A stretch of 64,000 bases of DNA from Alphaproteobacteria bacterium (GTDB lineage Bacteria; Pseudomonadota; Alphaproteobacteria; GCA-2731375). Location of the stretch: the NCBI GenBank assembly GCA_965225945.1, contig CBDDBZ010000026.1, positions 1 through 64,000 of the forward strand, written 5' to 3'. The notes below the pieces were generated by a model that was not told the DNA's origin, made no database searches, and saw only the letters and a list, made by a program, of their open reading frames with translations. This document shows, piece after piece, positions 60,704 to 64,000 of this stretch (positions are counted from its first letter, which is position 1; every line of letters starts with the position of its first letter). Made by a program: the position numbers and the translations under genes.

Positions 60704-61488
60704 ACGATACCCTCATGGGCCGTGCCCGGGCGCTCGGCCTGCACGGCCTCGCCGCCCACTGGGGCGAGGTCGCCGGGCATGACTGGCCCGCTGCGCTGGT
60801 CGCCTGGGAAGAGGAGGAACGGCGAAGCCGCAGCCTCAAGCGCCGCCTCGGCGACGCCCGCCTCGGACAGTTCAAGCCGCTCGCCGACTTCGACTGGGCA
60901 TGGCCGCGCCGCTGCGACCGCATGGCCGTCGAGGATCTCATGAGCCTCGAGTTCCTCAACGAGGCCGCCAACGTCGTCCTGGTCGGCCCAAACGGCGTCG
61001 GCACGTCGACCATCGCCGCCAATATCGCCCACCGCGCCGTCCTCGAGGGCCACACCGTGCGCTTCGCCACCGCGGCCAGCATGCTCGGCGAGCTCGCCGC
61101 CCTCGACAGCGACACCCTGCTTCAGCGCAGGCTGCGCTTCTACGCCCGCCAGCACCTGCTGGTGATCGACGAGGTCGGATACCTGTCCTACAGCAACCGC
61201 CATGCCGATCTGCTGTTCAACATCGTCTCCAGCCGCAGCCAGCAGAACTCCACCATAATCACCACCAACCGGCCCTTCGCCGAGTGGGGTGAGGCCTTCC
61301 CCAACGCCGCCTGCCTCGTCGCCCTGGTCGACCGCCTCGTCCACAACGCCGAGATCATCGCCATCGACGCCGAGTCCTGGCGCCGCAAGGAGGCCGAGGA
61401 ACGCCAGAAGCAGCGCAGCGCCGAGCGCCGCCGGCGGCGAGCCGGCAAGGCCGGCGCGCAGGACCGCGGGGAACCGCCGCCGGCGTAG
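60700..61488 (+). CDS. istB: IS21 helper ATPase IstB (Walker A Lys replaced)
   Basis: [38 protein letters not shown]; ATGA overlap with istA. Confidence 0.9.
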   Translation: MNDTLMGRARALGLHGLAAHWGEVAGHDWPAALVAWEEEERRSRSLKRRLGDARLGQFKPLADFDWAWPRRCDRMAVEDLMSLEFLNEAANVVLVGPNGVGTSTIAANIAHRAVLEGHTVRFATAASMLGELAALDSDTLLQRRLRFYARQHLLVIDEVGYLSYSNRHADLLFNIVSSRSQQNSTIITTNRPFAEWGEAFPNAACLVALVDRLVHNAEIIAIDAESWRRKEAEERQKQRSAERRRRRAGKAGAQDRGEPPPA

Positions 61489-61490
61489 CC

Positions 61491-62387
61491 ATGGATGGTC
61501 CCCGCCTCTGGGACCGGCGGGTGCGGGCCGAGGCCCTGCGAGGCTATCCCCTCGAAGACGTCGTCCGCCGCCTCGGCTACCGCCGCGATCCCACCGATGC
61601 CGCGCGCTGGAGGCGTCCCGGATCCGTCATCAGCATCAACGGCTTTATGTTCTACGAACATCTGCGCGGCGAGGGCGGGGGCGGAGCGATCGACCTGGTA
61701 ATCCATGCCTGCCGGTGCACCGTGCCCGAGGCCCTCGGCTTCTTCTCGGAACTGCCGTGCCGTGACCGGTTCCCGGCCGATCGCCACCCGAAGCCGCCGT
61801 GCCCGGACCGCCACTGGCCCGCCATCCAGAGCTACCTCGTCGAGCAGCGCGGCCTCGCGGATGTGCTCGTCGCCCTGTGCCGCGACCTCGGCTTGCTCTA
61901 CGCCGACCGCCACGGCAACGCCGTGTTCGTCCGCCGAAACGCGGCCGGCGAGGCTCTCGGCGCCGAGATCGTCCCTGCCGCGGCGCCACGCCGCCTCGCG
62001 CCGACCGGCGCCGCCGCGCGCGGCGGCTTCTGGATGTCGTGGGAACCCGACTGGCCGAACTCCGTCATCCTCGCCAAGAACGCAATCGACGCCCTGTCGG
62101 TCCTCTCCCTCCACCTCGTCCCGGCCGGGCGCAAGGGATGCGCCGTGGTCTCAACCGGCGGCGCCACCGCAAGCCTCCCCGAATGGATCGAGGCCTGGAA
62201 CCCCGGCCGGATCTTCTGCGCCTACGACGCCACCCGCCAGGGCGATGACGCCGCGGCACGGCTCATCCGAAACGACAGCAGGGTCGTCCGCCTGCGCCCT
62301 GCCCTCGACGGCCTGGACTGGAACGACATGCTCATGCGCGACCGCGCCGGCGAACCGCTCCAGATCGATGACCGGCCCCTCGACTGA
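61491..62387 (+). CDS. DUF3991/Toprim (primase-like) protein carried inside IS21
   Basis: GGGAIDLV, YL...RGL, YAD..GNAVF, AIDALS, STGG, AYDA...GD.AA, DWND.L. Confidence 0.72.
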   Translation: MDGPRLWDRRVRAEALRGYPLEDVVRRLGYRRDPTDAARWRRPGSVISINGFMFYEHLRGEGGGGAIDLVIHACRCTVPEALGFFSELPCRDRFPADRHPKPPCPDRHWPAIQSYLVEQRGLADVLVALCRDLGLLYADRHGNAVFVRRNAAGEALGAEIVPAAAPRRLAPTGAAARGGFWMSWEPDWPNSVILAKNAIDALSVLSLHLVPAGRKGCAVVSTGGATASLPEWIEAWNPGRIFCAYDATRQGDDAAARLIRNDSRVVRLRPALDGLDWNDMLMRDRAGEPLQIDDRPLD

Positions 62388-62505
62388 ATAGCCACAGCGC
62401 GAAACAAAATCAGCCAAGCCCAAAAGCATCCCGTCAGCCAACCGCCACCGACCGCTCAAAAAGAGCACCATATAAGCGCACCCTGGAACCACCGCTAACA
62501 GGAGG

Positions 62506-62810
62506 AGATCTCCTCCCGGGTAGGCGCGCGCGCGCATGCCCTCCTGCTCCTCGATCAGGCGGGTTGGCACACCACGGACAAGCTGAAGATCCCCGCCAAC
62601 GTTACCCTCCTGCCCCTGCCACCACGCTCGCCGGAGCTCAATCCGACCGAAAACATCTGGCAGTTCATGCGCGACAACTGGCTGTCCAACTTGGTCTTCC
62701 AATCCGACGAGCAGATCATCACCTCCTGCTGCGAAGCCTGGAACAAGCTCATCGATCAACCATGGAACATCACGTCCATCGGGCGGCGTAAATGGGCGCA
62801 TGAGTTCTGA
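62506..62810 (+). pseudogene. IS630 transposase 3' part
   Basis: LDQAGWH, LPPRSPELNPTENIWQ; rejoins the 5' part as HLE-EISSRV. Confidence 0.9.
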
Positions 62811-62829
62811 TTAATGCCGATTGGCATTA

Positions 62830-63137
62830 GGCGGCAGGCCGTCGATCCGCTGCACGGGATAGTTTCGCGGCACGATCTCCAGGACCCGGCGATGCTCGCC
62901 GCCACCGGGGCTTCGGACCACCAGCACGGCGGCTGAGCCGAAGTCGCGCCCGAAGCCGATGACGAAGCGGCCCTGGGGCCCGACGCGGACGGGCTTGCCG
63001 TCGAGGTGAACGTGGCTGCCGGGCCCAACCCGGCCCACCATCATGCCGCCCTGAGTGGCGTCCCCCTCGAGCCGTGGCGCCTCGGCCACCGCGGGCCACG
63101 CCAGCAGCAGGGCGAGGAACGGGACGGCGAGCCGCAT
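62830..63137 (-). pseudogene. M23 peptidase, 5' half with signal peptide
   Basis: Signal peptide, FVIGFGRD, QRIDGLPP up to the IS boundary; start abuts the xseA stop. Confidence 0.88.
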
Positions 63138-64000
63138 CAGAAGAGTTCGCCCTGATTGACGCCGGGTTTCCGCCGGCGCCCGCCGGACGTCGGTGAGCCC
63201 CGGGCAGGCTTGCCGTCGACCGTCGCTGGCACCTCACCGTCGTGGAACTCCAGCCGGAAGGCGCGGCCCGGCGTCGCCTCGGCGACGGTGGTGAGGGCTC
63301 GGCCGTCGGTGCCGCGCGCCACCGCGTAGCCGCGCGCGAGCACGTTGCGGTAGGACAGGTTCTCCAGCCGCTGGCCGAGGCCCGCCACGCGCTCGGCGAT
63401 GCGCTCGCGGCGCACCCGCTCCGCGCGGCGGGCCCGAGCGGCGAGATCGGCCAGTCGCTCGGCCCCCCGCCGGAGCTCCGCCGCCAGCAGGCGCGGGCGC
63501 AGCAGCGCCGCCAGTTCCATCAAGCGCGCGCGGCGATCGCGGGCGAGGGCGGCCAGTGCGCGGGGCAGCCGTTCGGCGATATCGTCGAAACGCTGGCTGG
63601 CGATCGCCAGCAACTCACGCGGCCCCCGAAGCCCCCGGGCCAGCCCCTCGATCCGATAGCGATGCTCGTCCAACCGGCGCCTGAGCGCTATTCGCTGGCG
63701 CCGCTCCAGCTCGCCCACGTGGTCGATCAGATCGCGCCGCACCGGGACCGCCATTTCCGCCGCCGCGCTCGGCGTCGGCGCGCGGCGATCGGAGGCGTGG
63801 TCGATCAGCGTGGTGTCGGTCTCGTGGCCGACGGCGGAGATCAGCGGGATCTCGCTTTCCGCCGCGGCGCGGACCACGACCTCCTCGTTGAAGGCCCAGA
63901 GATCCTCGATGCTGCCACCGCCCCGGGCGACGATCAGCAGGTCGGGGCGCGGCGCTGGCCCGCTCCCGTCGAAAGCGTTGAAGCCCCGGATCGCGGCGGC
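63137..64000 (-). CDS. xseA: Exodeoxyribonuclease VII large subunit (5' part outside window)
   Basis: [46 protein letters not shown]. Confidence 0.95.
   Translation of the reverse strand, partial: AAAIRGFNAFDGSGPAPRPDLLIVARGGGSIEDLWAFNEEVVVRAAAESEIPLISAVGHETDTTLIDHASDRRAPTPSAAAEMAVPVRRDLIDHVGELERRQRIALRRRLDEHRYRIEGLARGLRGPRELLAIASQRFDDIAERLPRALAALARDRRARLMELAALLRPRLLAAELRRGAERLADLAARARRAERVRRERIAERVAGLGQRLENLSYRNVLARGYAVARGTDGRALTTVAEATPGRAFRLEFHDGEVPATVDGKPARGSPTSGGRRRKPGVNQGELF

Larger units (their letters stand above)
58360..62500 (+). mobile_element. IS21-family element with two extra genes (4141 bp)
   Basis: TGT...ACA termini, GCGCTTANATGGTG starting at position 22 from each end, 5-bp duplication GGAGG (58355-58359, 62501-62505). 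Confidence 0.92.
57510..62826 (+). mobile_element. IS630-family element, itself interrupted by IS21
   Basis: Ends TACCAATTGGCCTTGA versus reverse complement TGCCAATCGGCATTAA; TTA duplicated at 57507-57509 and 62827-62829. Confidence 0.9.

Overview
GC-rich alphaproteobacterial chromosome segment (Rhodospirillales-like gene order). The housekeeping backbone is rluD, rpoH, yicC-gmk-cpdR-tRNA-Val(GAC), a GcvT-family dehydrogenase, nucleoside hydrolase-ribokinase-LLM oxidoreductase-alr, two amidases, two FAD oxidoreductases, a partial hopanoid cluster (hpnB, hpnD, shc, hpnG, hpnH), nfeD/SPFH, the AmmeMemoRadiSam genes, a MoxR-DUF58-BatA cluster, rpsF-rpsR-DUF2232-rplI, an M23 peptidase and xseA. 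Three mobile-DNA hotspots interrupt it. (1) Between rluD and rpoH, two IS1595-type units are stacked at one 8-bp target (GTTCGATC, three copies): a non-autonomous cassette with perfect 43-bp inverted repeats and a passenger ORF, followed by an intact IS. (2) A decaying island after tRNA-Val holds a membrane-anchored HIRAN-like gene, a truncated resolvase, a frameshifted IS110 with a long 3' non-coding end, a tyrosine recombinase plus IS91-like unit, and a SAM-cyclase-ATPase-TPR gene broken by three in-frame stops. (3) The M23 gene is split by an IS630, which is itself split by a 4.1-kb four-gene IS21 carrying a Cys-rich accessory gene and a DUF3991/Toprim-like gene. A perfectly complementary, interleaved A-B-A'-B' element with a G-quadruplex motif follows rpoH. 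All family calls come from motif recognition by eye; no database search was run.
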